A DNA stretch of 64,000 bases from Eledone cirrhosa (taxonomy: Eukaryota), in NCBI GenBank assembly GCA_964016885.1, contig OZ024741.1:362018001-362082000 (forward strand), in the 5' to 3' direction. The position numbers and the translations under genes are program-made. Numbering within the stretch: position 1 is the first letter of the stretch; each line of letters starts with the position of its first letter. Below, piece by piece: positions 27,021 to 40,716 of the stretch. The notes under the pieces were generated by a model. That model was not told the DNA's origin. It saw only the letters and a program-made list of their open reading frames with translations, and made no database searches.

Positions 27021-27696
27021 AACAACTGGGAGCCTTTCACTCCCAGGTGGTATAAAAGTACTATTTGGATGGCCATTGACTCTATTGAGTTCCTCCGCCC
27101 TTGGACGGGTCTTGTATTTCATCCCGCAGGGTGTCCAAATATCACCTCCTCACCAACAAGCTTGGTGGGATTGCCGGTTTAGTCGCCGACGATCCGACCA
27201 TGAGACAGGTTGTACTGGGTTACATGTTACCAGTACCACCCGAGAGCGACCTGACATACAATCATACATACATGTATACACTTATATGGTGGCTGCCAAC
27301 TCGTTTTCGAGTACGGCCACTACTTTATATCCATGTAGGAGAACCCCTACCGATGCGCTGAACGAGTGTGACTTTTTAGTCCAGCCAGCGACTTGAAAAC
27401 TCTGGTACAAACACTACACTTGTGACAATTATTGACACATAGTGCTGGGCCCATGGTACCCTGTGACGTATTATACACTTATATACATACATATATACAT
27501 GCATATATACATAACATATACATACATATATACACCCATATTCATACATATATGCATATACATATATATATACACATACATACACACATACACTTATATA
27601 CATATACATGATGATGGCTGCCCCCTCGTTATCGAGTATGGCCATTGCACGAGGAGAAAAAAAAAATTAATAAATAAATAAAAAAGAAAAAAAAAG

Positions 27697-27753
<57 letters not shown>

Positions 27754-27910
27754 CACACACACACACACATTAATAACAATAATAATAATAATAATAATAA
27801 CAACAATAATAATAACGACAACAACAATAATAATATACATATACATATATATATACACATACACGCACACACATAAGCATATCTATACACACACAGACAC
27901 ACGATAGCAA

Positions 27911-30158
27911 CTAACAGCGCTGCGATCGAATGTGGCTTTTTAGCCCAGCCAATGATCTAAAATGTCTTGCACAGAGTCGGCAACCAAAACATTCACTGGG
28001 AATAGTCGGCTGTGGTTGGAGTTCGTGTACTTTTGCATGTCGCTTGAGCCCTCCTGCTGATTTACATTCTCTACCACATGTTTGGCAAGCATGATGAGTA
28101 GCATCTCCAACAACAGCCTGGTAGTGAACCACTGGTCTTACTTTATGACTGCGAAGATGACTTTCGAGTCCAGCTTTGCTTAGGCAGAGTCTCGCACAGA
28201 CGCTGCATGTCAGCACCATAGGAGGACCCTCGCCGCCTGGAAGTGCAACAGCAATGCGCTTGCTCACATCCCGCTTTACTTTCTCGTATGCGATTCGAGA
28301 TGCCTCAAAGGCAACTTTTCCCTCATATACAGTCTTTCTCCATTCATTACGATCAGCAGCAATATTTTCCCATGTATCAGCAGAGATGTTAGCGTCTTTC
28401 AGAGAGGCTTTCAAGGAATCCTTATACCTCTTTTTTGGTTTATATGGCGGTCGTTTTCCTTTAACCAACTCTCCATAAAAGAGTTGTTTTGGTATTCTAG
28501 AATCCTTCATCCTGGCAAGGTGACCACTCCAACGGAGTCGTTGCTTAAGCACAAGAGCTTCTATACTGTCACACATAGAGCTTTCCAAAATCTCGACATC
28601 ACTGATGTGGTCCCTCCAGTGAACGCCATGGATCCGTCTGAGACACATCTGATGGAAACGCTCCAATTGCTTAAGGTGGTGTCGATATGTGACCCAGGTC
28701 TCGCAGGCATAAAGAAGACAAGAGAGCACACATGCCCTGTACACCTTTACCTTTGTCCTCCTGCATATGTCTCGCCGACCCCAGAGTCGCCTTTCTAGTT
28801 TTCCGAAAGCATCACTTGCTTTCCTAATCCTAAGTGAGATTTCACTGTCAAGGTTGCTGTATCGATTGACAGTGCTTCCCAGGTAGACAAACTGATCAAC
28901 CACTCCAAGTCGTTTGCCATACACATAGATGTTTGGTTCAGTGTACTTCTTACCAGGGTCAGGTTCGTACACGACGACGGTTTTCTTGAGACTGACAGTC
29001 AATCCTAGGGTAGTGCAAGCGTCAGAAAATGCATTCAAAATGTGCTGCATATCACTCTCTGTGTGCGCTACAAGATCGCAATCATCTGCATACAAGAGGT
29101 CTCTTATGATTGATGTAAATACTTTTGTCTTCGCAGCAAAGCGCCTGATGTTAAATATGCTGCCTGAGGTTCGATATCGGATGTAAACACCATGCTCGCA
29201 ATTCCTGAATGCAATACAGAAAACCATTGCAAAGTATATGGCAAACAGGGTCGGTGCTGGAATATCCCCCTGTTTCACTCCATTTTTTACTGAGATAGGC
29301 TCCGACATGTTACCTCCGACATTAACCCAAGCCTTCATGTCGTCATGGAAAGACCTAACTAAAGCAAGGAACTTATCAGGGCAACCAAGTTTCTGGAGAA
29401 CCTTCCATAATGCATCTCTGTTAACAGTATCGAAAGCTTTTGTCAGATCGACAAAAACCTGATACAGATCCAAGCCTTGTTCCATGCACTTCTCCTGGAG
29501 CTGTCTAGCTGAGAAGATCATATCAGTAGTGCCGCGTCCAGCACGAAAACCAGATTGACTTTCAGGAAGAACACAATCTGCAATGTGTGTCAGCAGACGG
29601 TCCAGAAGCACCCTACATAAAACTTTCCCTACGACAGAAAGCAATGATATACCTCTGTAGTTCCCACAATCATTCCTGTTACCCTTTCCCTTGTACAAGA
29701 CCACCATTACTGCACCTCTCCAGTCCTCAGGTACAGATTCATTAGCCCATATCCTGCCAAACAAAGAGTGAAGATGTTGCAGAAGTCTCTCACCACCATA
29801 TTGTAGGAGCTCAGCATGTATGCCATCCATACCTGGAGATCTTCCACTGTTCAGCTTCGAAATAGCCACTACAACCTCCACAAGCGTCGGAGGTTCTGCG
29901 AGAGCTACTTTCACAGGACTTTCTGGAATGAGATTGAGGAAATCTTCACTGACGACAGGCGGCTGATTCAAAAGATCATCAAAGTGCCCACGCCACCTTC
30001 GTAGAATTCCTTGTGAGTCACGAAGAAGTTCTTTGCCATCCTTGCTGCGAAGCGGTGTCACCAGAGAAGAAGACGGTCCATAAACCTCACGCAAGAGACT
30101 GTACAACAGCTTTGTGTTATTGGAATCTGACGCAGTTTGTATCTCACCAGCCTTCTCA
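27911..30158 (-). mobile_element. 5'-truncated RTE/BovB-type LINE with an uninterrupted RT frame
   Basis: Motifs SPGMDGI, YRGISLLS, ESQSGFR, DLTKAFD, GVKQG, YADD, LRWSGH; three C-terminal C2H2-like motifs. The N-terminal part of the listed ORF is microsatellite. Confidence 0.92.
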
Positions 30159-30212
30159 CTCATACATACATATATACACCCATATACATACACCCATATA
30201 CATACACCCATA

Positions 30213-30245
<33 letters not shown>

Positions 30246-30380
30246 GTATGTGTGCATACATACAAACATACATACATATATGTATGTGTGCATACATACA
30301 TACATACATACATACATACATACATACATACATACATACATACATACATACATACATACATACATACATACATACATACA

Positions 30381-30895
30381 ACATGAGGATTGCAGCGTCT
30401 TCACAGACGATTGCCATCTAATATTGATTCTCCGCGTCCATGACTTCGTAGAAGACTTTGTTGGCCAGCTGTAGATCTGCATGGTTTACGACACAGGTGA
30501 CAGAAGAGAATTGTGCTTTCTACAGGACCTGTGGGGTCACCCTGTGGGACACAATCTTTATATACCACCATGTGTCTTTTTAGTTGAGAAGTAGTTCTAC
30601 ACACTTTGCTGCATATCACGCACGTTGTTTCACCAGGTCTTTGTTGAGTGGTGTTGCGGGTGGTTATCCTTTCATGTGACTTCAGGTGACTAAGATAACC
30701 AGCCTTTGAGGGGAGTACACGCTGACAGATATTGCATGTCCAACTACTGATGACTTCATCAAGACTGTGAGCACAGCCCTTCCCCAGCTGACGCTTCAGT
30801 TGTTTATGTTCTAGACAACATTCCTCAAAAGTTTTGCAACTATTATTTATGGGCTTTCTCCACCCAGCCCTATTTAGAGCTAGTTGTCTCTATCA
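30381..30895 (-). mobile_element. RTE-type LINE 3' fragment with a (TATG)n end
   Basis: C2H2-like motifs CNICQR..HLKSH, CVICSK..LKRH and CHLCRK. A shorter copy lies at ~33378-33586. Confidence 0.7.
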
Positions 30896-30947
30896 AACTA
30901 ACATACATACATACATACATACATATATACATACATACATACATACA

Positions 30948-30981
<34 letters not shown>

Positions 30982-31074
30982 CATACATATATATATATTC
31001 ATACATACATACATACTTATATACATACATACATACATACATATATACATACATATATACATACATACTTAAAT

Positions 31075-32300
31075 ACATAATATTGTTAGGGTAGCCAGTA
31101 ATCTAGAAAAGAGACGTGAAATAAAACTTGATACAAATTTCTCTACCAGGAACATTGGAAGACCACTCAATGCTCGAACAAAATAAAAAAAAAGTGGCCC
31201 AATTCACTGAGAATACTGTACTTGGGTACTTGAGACGAAACACACAGACTACTTAAAAGCCTGACATGGAGTTCGGACAGGTTCATAACATCCCACCTTG
31301 AAGTAATATAGGTAAGCAAAGTAGTCTATCTTGGACCAACAACCGCTATATTGGCTCCCACTTTGAAGGATACGTTTTTGTAATCCAAGTACAGGAAATC
31401 AACACAAAATACCTGATTCACAATAGAGATAGGGATGCAGGCAAAACACCTAGATGTGACAACAAGTGCAGACTCTGCAGAATTAACATCGAAGATGTCA
31501 CCCATGTCATAAGCAGCTGTCCAAAGATGTCATCGCGGTACTATCTACCTATGAGTCATGATGTAATGGCCAAAACACTGTACAATGCAATCCGTAGAAA
31601 AGATAGCCCCGACAATAAACACATTAAAAGCTACAACAATGTGGAAGACATACATATACATAATATGAAAGAGTACTGGTGGAATGTATCAGTAAAAACC
31701 TCAATAAAATGCAAACATAACAGACCAGATATAATGACATGGGTCAGCGAAAAGAATGCATCCACAGTAGTGGAATTTAGCTGTCCAGCAGATGCCAATA
31801 TAATATCAAAGATTAGCGAAAAGGAGAATATCTATGCAGAACTAATGAGAAATCTGCACATACTCCACCCTGATTATACCTTCAGATTTATACCTGTAAT
31901 TATTGGGGCACTGGGAAATGTTAGTAACTGTCTCAATACAAATCTTGAGAAGCTGGGCTTTACAGAAACAGAAAGAACACAACTAGTTAGGAAATTACAA
32001 GTACAATCCATTAATGGAACAGTAAAAATATGTAAAACATTCCAAAATTTCTGCATCTAATAACTGCATATACACTTGTACAGATACAAAGCATATGCAC
32101 ATGCACACATACAACTCAAAACATCCACATCCACACATACAATAACATCCATACCTGCACACACATGCATCCTTGGAGACATGCATACATATCTACTTAA
32201 TTGATGTGTAAATTCCAATGAGAGAGTCTTGTATCTATTTTAGAAACCGACCCTCTCTCTCTATTGGAAACAAATTGTGAAATTATAAAACCAGAAGAAC
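31075..32300 (+). mobile_element. 5'-truncated R4/Dong-like non-LTR retrotransposon
   Basis: QEINTKY, CRLC..HVISSC, RPDI..VVEFSCP and FIPVIIGALG motifs; (CATA)n on both sides. Confidence 0.8.
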
Positions 32301-32913
32301 ATACATACATATATGGTCACAGCTTAAAATTCGTACAGTAATGGGAAATTTTCTCCGAAGAGAGTCTAAGATATATAATTCTACTACCCTACAAACTTAT
32401 CTTTCTGGCCTTTGAATGGGATTTGGGGTGTGCATGGTGTTGAACATTCCGTTCGGGCTTCTTCATGTATTTTATGATAGGTTGTAGTGTTTGTTTTTTG
32501 TGTGCATTTGTAATATTGTCTAAATGAATCCTGGGCAGATTAAGTATTTCAATGATTTGGGTATTATATTAAAGTAATATTGGTAGAACACATAATTTAT
32601 TTAGACTTCAGAGAAAATACCTTTAAAATCAGGTATACACATCATATACATTCTCCCACAGTACAACTCGTGACTGAAAACTGAAGATACATAAACTTTG
32701 AAATACTGTGATCAATGGTCGAATTTATCAAACCGTATTCTGGAGGATTTAGATTGTGCTGCATGTATACCTGTTACAAATTCTTCATATCAAATTAAAT
32801 TCTGGAACTCATTTTAAAATGTCGTCACCAAAGCAAGTTTATTATATGGAACATTATTTTAGCTGAAGGCTGAATATATTGTAATTTCATGTGTAATTTC
32901 TTTGAAGTACCTT

Positions 32914-32976
<63 letters not shown>

Positions 32977-33089
32977 CCTGTCTATCTCGTATGACTCAAT
33001 ACCAAAATATATTAAATACCATGTCATAAAGGCATATAATATATAAATATATAGAGAGGGGGGAGAGGGAGACAGACAGACAGACAGAC

Positions 33090-33200
<111 letters not shown>

Positions 33201-33216
33201 CATACATAGATAGATG

Positions 33217-33370
33217 TCTTTATTTGCCACAAGGGCGCACAAGAAATGCTACATTATAGGACATATGGCGGGGATTTTAAATTTAAGCGTATAAAAAAGG
33301 TTTTAACAGTTATAAGATAATTAAATAACAATCGAACTCCCCAATAGGGGAAGCATTACAATTGGGACTA
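33217..33370 (-). mobile_element. Tx1/L1-type 3' UTR fragment
   Basis: Reverse complement GCGCCCTTGTGGCAAATAAAGACATCTATC runs into a GATA/GA repeat block. Confidence 0.65.
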
Positions 33371-34209
33371 AAAAAAACACATGGTGGTGCATAAAGATTG
33401 TGTCCCATAGGCTGACCCCACCGGTCCTGTGGAAAGCACAACTTTCTTCTGTCACCTGTGTCGTAAACCATGCAGATCTACAGCTGGCCTACAAAGTCAT
33501 CTACCAAGTGATGGACGCAGATGGGGAGATGATAACGAAGAATCAATAAGAGACGGCAATCACCTGTGAAGACGCTGCAATCTTCATGTATGTATGTATG
33601 TATGTATGTATGTATGTATGTATGTATGTATGTATGTATGTATGTATGTGCCATATATACATATATATGTATGTGATATATGTGAGTGTGTATATGTATT
33701 TGTATATGTCTGTATGTATGTCTGTATATATGCGTATGTATATGTGTATGTCCGTGTACATGTATGTTTGTGTATATATTTATGTGTGCGTGTGTGTGTG
33801 TGTGTGTGTGTATGCATGTATGTATACATGTGTGCATGTGTGTATGCATGTATATATACATGTATATATATATTTTCCTTTTATCTGAAGTGTGTATGTG
33901 CGTGTATATGTATGTACACATATGTCTTCTATATTACTCTTACTCTTTTACCTGTTCCAGCCATCCGGCTGAGGCCATGCTGGGGCACCACTATATATTT
34001 TTATTTTTTTATATTAGGTTGCTTACCCTTCTTTTCTTATGTATATTTCCCGTTATTTTTCCAGCCTCACTTCCAATTTTTAACAGATTTTAAATCTCAT
34101 TTCATATTTTTTATCTATAACGATCCAGACGTATATTATTATTCTCTGTGATCCTGAAACCTTTGGTAATGGAGTAGTTATATATTGTGTTGTTCACTTT
34201 CTAATTAAA

Positions 34210-34558
34210 TATATATATATATTATTCAAAATGTTAACAAATGAAAAATATTCACATAATCAAAATATATACTTTATTATACATATTTCAAAGGTACTAT
34301 GGTGTTTAAGTACGTTTTCATCAGACAAAATATATGATTTGATATATGACATACCGCTACGGTCTTGATTATTCAATTCCAGTAACTGGAATTGAATAAT
34401 CAAGACCGTAGCGGTATGTCATATATCAAATCATATATTTTGTCTGATGAAAACGTACTTAAACACCATAGTACCTTTGAAATATGTATAATAAAGTATA
34501 TATTTTGATTATGTGAATATTTTTCATTTGTTAACATTTTGAATAATATATATATATA
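34210..34558. repeat. Essentially perfect ~350 bp palindrome of a PLE-like terminal repeat
   Basis: Arms 34210-34383 and 34385-34558, centre TTCCAGT-A-ACTGGAA, flanked by (TA)n. Confidence 0.9.
34434..34500 (+). ncRNA. Type I hammerhead ribozyme motif (mirror copy on the minus strand at 34268-34334)
   Basis: TATATTTTGT-CTGATGA-AAACGTACT...AGTACCTTT-GAAA-TATGTA-TA-ATAAAGTATA; 10-bp stem I including G-U pairs. Confidence 0.75.
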
Positions 34559-34705
34559 CCTCAGGAAAACCTACTGTTGAGTGCTTCTAATCTATTGTAA
34601 AATTGTATTCGTTGAGTAATCAACGAACCATATTAATCATATGTCCCAAGGCTCTGATACCATCAACACTATACACACAGAGCTGGCATATCTAAGAACT
34701 GACTA

Positions 34706-34761
34706 ACTGCCTGATGAGGTCATAGCCATTCAATGGCTATCATCGAAATATATATAGCAGT
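34706..34761 (+). ncRNA. Minimal type I hammerhead ribozyme motif
   Basis: ACTGC-CTGATGA-GGTCATAGCCAT TCA ATGGCTATCATC-GAAA-TATATA-TA-GCAGT, followed by AATAAA. Confidence 0.8.
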
Positions 34762-34802
34762 AAATAAAGGATTAAGAGTTCATGCAATCGACTTATGTTT
34801 CG

Positions 34803-34852
<50 letters not shown>

Positions 34853-35654
34853 AAGTGTTAAAACAATCAAATCTTAGTTTAATACATTTATTTGCTGGCA
34901 ATTGTTTCTGCCAGAGGGAAGTCTAGATCATTGGAGCATAGGAATGTATAAACAGGCGATTAAAATCCTAGTCGTTCAGAACCTTTAGGCAGATACATAA
35001 GTTTTGTTAGTGTCATAGACATCATGTATAGAATCAGGAGTTAAAAAGATGTTATGCTCGAGAGAACACAATTTCAAGGAGCACTGGTTGGAAGTGTAAG
35101 AAGTACAAGCAAAAAATACAGGCAAAAAAGTTACAAGCAAGGAAAGACGTAAGATAGGATAGACATAAGATATAAGATATAAGATATCTTTGATTTGGAG
35201 ATCAGGTAATGTTAGGGGTATACAATGCAGGAGTCAATATAGTCAATAAGGCATGTATGAGGAAAGAGTTATATTACAGCTGAAATAAGCATATTTAGTG
35301 AAGAATGTTAAAGCATGTTATATGTTTAATATGGTGTGCTATATGGTAGTGAGAGATGTGGTGATAAAATATGGTAGTGAGAGATGTGTTGATAAAATAG
35401 GTATATGTTACGTGATTGAATTGGGTAGGTGATTTTCACTCAAGTGTTTATATATTGTAGTTCGTATATATATGTACATGTTGGTTGTAACTCACATTTA
35501 TTAACCATGGAATTCTTTTAGTTTGAGATGTAATTTTTTAAGTTGTTTATAGTTAATAGGTATGTGTAGGTAAAGGTAAATTCCACCGAATTACTGGCCA
35601 TGTTGTTATAGTGAGTATGTTATACTATGCATTCCTATCTTCAAATTATCTATT

Positions 35655-37946
35655 ATTACTCTCGTCCACACCGCTCTCACCCGCGCCCGTGCTGTCCACC
35701 GCTCCACCACCCTCACCCCACGCCACCGCACACCCATCCACCGTCTCCTCTTCCCCATCCCCTACCACCCCTCCACCGCACCATCCGCCGCCTCCAGTCC
35801 GACCCCTCCACCTCCCACATCTTCCCAACCCCACCACTCCCCTCCTTCAAACGCGCACGCAATCTCCGCACCCTCCTCGTCCACAGCTCCCTACCCCCCA
35901 ACCCACGCTCTGTTCCCTCCCCCCGGTTCCTTTCCCTGTTCTAGGCCCCGCTGCAACACCTGTCCCCACATCACCAACACCACCACCTTCCAGGGTCCCA
36001 ACGGCCACTCTCTCTCTGTCCGGCATGCCTTCCGCTGCACCTCCTCCAACCTAGTCTACGGACTTCGTTGCACGGAGTGCAGCGCGACTTATGTCGGACA
36101 GACGGGACGTCGCCTGGCGGACCGATTCACTGAGCACCTCCGGGATATTCGTCTCGGTAGTAGTTCCCCCATCGCCCGCCACTTTGGTGGCCCTGGACAT
36201 TCCGCACGCCATCTCACAGTCTGTGGCCTACTCCAATGCCACGGAACACCCGCCAATCGCCTTAGAGTCGAACAAAGAACTATCTTCATCTTACAGACCC
36301 ACACTCCCCCCGGCCTGAACTCCCCACCCTTATTCCTTTAGCCTTCGACCGCCCCCTCCCCCCACTAACACCACTAACACACCCCTCCTTTTCACCGCTC
36401 ACCCCACAACTAACAATACTAACACATCCACTCCACCCCTCATCCGACCACCCTTCCCCAACTAACATACTAACATCCCTCCCTTCTTCTCCTCCTCCCC
36501 CCTCCTTATCACACGCACACACCCACCGGCACATATATACACGCGCTCACACTAAACACACACCCTACTACCATCACTAACCCTCACCCCCACACCTCTC
36601 ACCCCCACACCTCCATCCCACCACCCCGCAACTAACCTTACTAACACCCCCTGACCCCAAGCACACGAACACACGCACCCACTTACACCACCCACCCCAC
36701 ACGCAACTAACATCACTAACACCCCCAACCCCACGCACACGTACCCACACACCCTCGTACACCCCCAACTCTACACACCCTACCACCACTAACCCCCACT
36801 CACACCTGCATTCAACCCTTCCCCACCTCCCGTATACTAACACCCACTAACACCCCTTCATCAAACTACACACACACCAGTACACCACACTCCCTCCATA
36901 GAACTACACACACCCTTCTCTCCCCGCTCCACCCACACCCTCGCTCCACACTCACTCATCCCACTAACACCTCTACTAATACACACACACACACCCTCCT
37001 CACTCCAACTTTCACACCTATCTATCCTCGCCCCTTTACCATTCCACCGACTGCTGCTATGCCCTCTGACCACCTCCCAGCACAAACAGACACACAGCAC
37101 TCCCACTGCTTGACCTCTTCCTGTTGCGCGCGCACCCCACATCTCTCCTCTTCCGACCATCTCTTCATGGAATACTCGTATGCGGAACTTGACCACCACA
37201 GAATCCACTAAACATCATAGGATTTTACCAACTTTTCAACCACCCTCGTACGGGATCACCTATATAACTCACCCACACACACACCCCCAAAAAATTTTTT
37301 CTCCACACGCCACCTACACCCACAACACGCTTAAACCCCACACACACGTGCTTTCCACCACATATTTACACCCTCAGCCTCCTGATTCCTCTCCCCCCAC
37401 CCCTCTATCCACACACGCACAGACACTCCGACCTACAACCCCCTCCCACACACACACCTCTTCCTGAACATGCAACCCCGTTCTTCCCCCAACCCTTACT
37501 TTCACACACACACACACACACACACACGTACACCTACACACACACACCACCTTCAGCCCTCCCCGCTCGGACACCCGTCTCCCTCTCCCCACTCCACCCG
37601 CCACCACCCCTACATACCCCACACCCTTCCACCACCTGTTTTACCCCCTTTTTAATTTAAGTTTATTTTGATCATGCTTTTATATTTAATTTTATTTCAT
37701 TCCTTGTATTTTGATCATGCTTTATTTTAATTTTTATTTTTAATTTCATTCGCACCGTTTCCTTTCGCTATATGTCTCTCCACACTCCCCTACACACCCT
37801 TTGAACTCTGTTCCCACACACTTCTCACCTGAGGAAGGGCTTATGCCCGAAACGTCGTTCCCCACCACCACCCCACTCTCCAGAGCGTGAAATTAATAAA
37901 CATTCGTTGTACTGCCTCTCTGTTTTGTTCCTGTTCAAATTTTTCC

Positions 37947-37948
<2 letters not shown>
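35655..37948 (+). mobile_element. 5'-truncated Penelope-like element (Neptune-like linker + GIY-YIG), long C-rich 3' region and terminal repeat
   Basis: Manual translation gives FPC..PRCNTC...NLVYGLRCTECSATYVGQTGRRLADRFTEHL...GLN, stop at 36339-36341. Degenerate hammerhead CTGAGGAAGGGCTTATGCCCGAAACGTC at 37829. Confidence 0.85.
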
Positions 37949-38011
<63 letters not shown>

Positions 38012-38096
38012 CCAAAGATTAATATGGTTCATTGATTACTGAATGAATATAGTTGTACAATAGATTAAAAGCACTCTACAAAGAAGTTTCTGGAGT

Positions 38097-38297
38097 TATT
38101 AATATTATTCAAAATATTAATAAATGAAGACGTTCACATAATCAAAATATGTTTTATTATATATATTTCGGAGGTACTGTGCTGTTTTTTCAGTACGTCC
38201 TCATCCTGAAAAAACAGCACAGTACCTCCGAAATATATATAATAAAACATATTTTGATTATGTGAACGTCTTCATTTATTAATATTTTGAATAATAT
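38097..38297. repeat. Fold-back of a PLE terminal repeat related to 34210-34558, with truncated hammerhead
   Basis: Inverted arms around ~38195-38205. Confidence 0.75.
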
Positions 38298-38580
38298 ATA
38301 TATATTTTTTTAATTTTAAATTCAATTGAATTATCTCTCAACTCATTGTATAGAGATCTGTTAACAGATAACGTTTGCACATATATGAATATATACACAC
38401 ATATATGAATATATATCTGTGTATGAGTGAAATAACAAAGGGGGGCGGGGCAGTTGTTTGAGTAAAGCAAAATCTGTTACATTATACTTGATAATTTAAC
38501 AATTTTTAACGAATTTAGTTCTCACTAGTTTGGCTACTCTTGTCTGTGTCTCTGTGTGCATACATACATACATACATACA

Positions 38581-38687
<107 letters not shown>

Positions 38688-38727
38688 AGTAAGAATATTT
38701 TCGAAATAACGAGCGAGTTTGAAATTA

Positions 38728-38965
38728 GAAATATAAGCTATCGCCGTATTTTGACTAAAGAAATTACTTAGCCTGAGGGTCCTTAACCCCACTATCGGGC
38801 TAAGTAATTTCTTTAGTCAAAATACGGCGATAGCTTATATTTCTAATATTTATAAAACAAACTTTGTATTTTATCTAGTGAGAGCGTACCAAAGTTTTGG
38901 AACCCTTGAAATATAATAGAATAAATATGGTTTTATATATTTAGTTTCCATTTATTTAATATCAT

Positions 38966-38968
<3 letters not shown>
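38728..38968. repeat. Inverted repeat plus a degenerate copy of the 10383 hammerhead family
   Basis: ~50 bp arms at ~38728-38775 and ~38797-38847; core mutated to CTAGTGA at ~38875. Confidence 0.65.
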
Positions 38969-39028
<60 letters not shown>

Positions 39029-40351
39029 AATGCATGTGTGTATGTGTGTGTGTGTGTGTGTGTGTAAGTGTGTGGATGTATTTGTTATTTTGCAATTAAA
39101 CAGAATTCTATATTTTTTTCTCACTCCGCTCATTTTATTTACATAAATTATTAAATGATAAAGAAATCGGCAAATTTTTATTTTTTTTATATTTTTTTTT
39201 TTTTTTTAGCCCGTGGTGTCCGAAGCATGGGGTGAGGGTCTAGGTTGCTGTCAATGAGGTTCTTGTCATCATTAACGGTTCGCTATACGCCAAACGATGC
39301 CCGAGACGGTGCTTGACTATTCCAACGTCATAGCCTCTCTATCACCCTCGCTAATACCGCCAGTGCATTAAAACTTATTTGAGGGAACCTCCAATGCTCC
39401 CTGTTTTGTGCGTCTCTTCGTCTCTTTTTCGATTCTTTTTCTTTTCTTTGAAAAAATATCTTTCTGAAAATTGTTAATCTTTTGATAATTCATGTAAACC
39501 TTTTTTTAACGAGCTTAAGGTCTCAGAGTGGTCCAACTGCTCGTGTGTCTGTATGTATATAAATACAGGTGTCCCTAAAAATATTATATGCACTTTGATT
39601 ACCCGTACAGGCAATATTTATTAGAATGCTGTTGAAGTGGGTAAACATCTGGCGGCTATTTCTCTTTATCTCGGGTTGGCGTCACCACTGACAGGCTGGT
39701 CAACTTGAGGTTAAATGAGATAAGTTTTTCTTTAAGTCTGGTTTCATGGAAGGGAAGGATCATTTTCAGTTGCTCAAGCGAGTAGCGAGATGTAACACTA
39801 GACAAAAAAAAAAAAACAAAAAAAAAAAACTCCGGCCCTCTCGATAAGGGCTCTACAACAATTCTTCTATCGGCACTTCAACCACACTCAGTCACCTGCC
39901 TCTTCGTACAGACAACACAACTTCCTTGCCACTGTCAGCTTACTACTACCTATGCCGCTACAGACTGTCTGTCTACAACTTGTCACTTTTTTATCTAACA
40001 TCACAGAAGCCTTTATGAATACTTAATCAAACTTAATATTGATAATTCGATGTAATCAGACTTTTTTTCCTTTTCGCTGAAGTAAAGTAATTGTCGTGTT
40101 TATCAACCTCTTCTACAACTAAAAACTTCGCTTCATCAAGCGTTAACCTAATATATCCCTTCCATATATTGTACCGATTGTGTTGTTATTTCTGTTTACC
40201 TTTACACACACACATATATATATACACATACTAAAACGGCCGGAGCTCAGCTGTCGGGGTCCTGATTCTTTTCCTATTACCTATTCTACTACCCTAAGTA
40301 TTGAGTACTCTGGTGTGTTATGGTTCACCTGGTATCTTACCACACTCTCTT

Positions 40352-40442
<91 letters not shown>

Positions 40443-40716
40443 TTATTTATTAATTAAAATAACAGATTAAAGTCTAAGCAGGATCCTTAACAGGATCTTC
40501 TGAAACTCAGGGTGTTCCAGAAGATCCTGTTAAGTTCTGAAACTTAAGGGTAAAAACAGCGATTCTTTGCTTAAACCTTAATCTGTTATTTTAATAAATA
40601 TTTGCTCTATGGTTCTTATATATTTGATATATATTTATCCTTATCGAGCTCTCTTTGGATTTTAGTCTCCACATTTATTATTATTACTATATATAGAGAG
40701 AGATAAATATATATAT

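Noticed and set aside
27170-27256. HDV-like ribozyme on the minus strand
   Set aside because: A P1-like 7 bp helix is present, but the P1.1 (CC/GG) and P3/L3 signature is absent.
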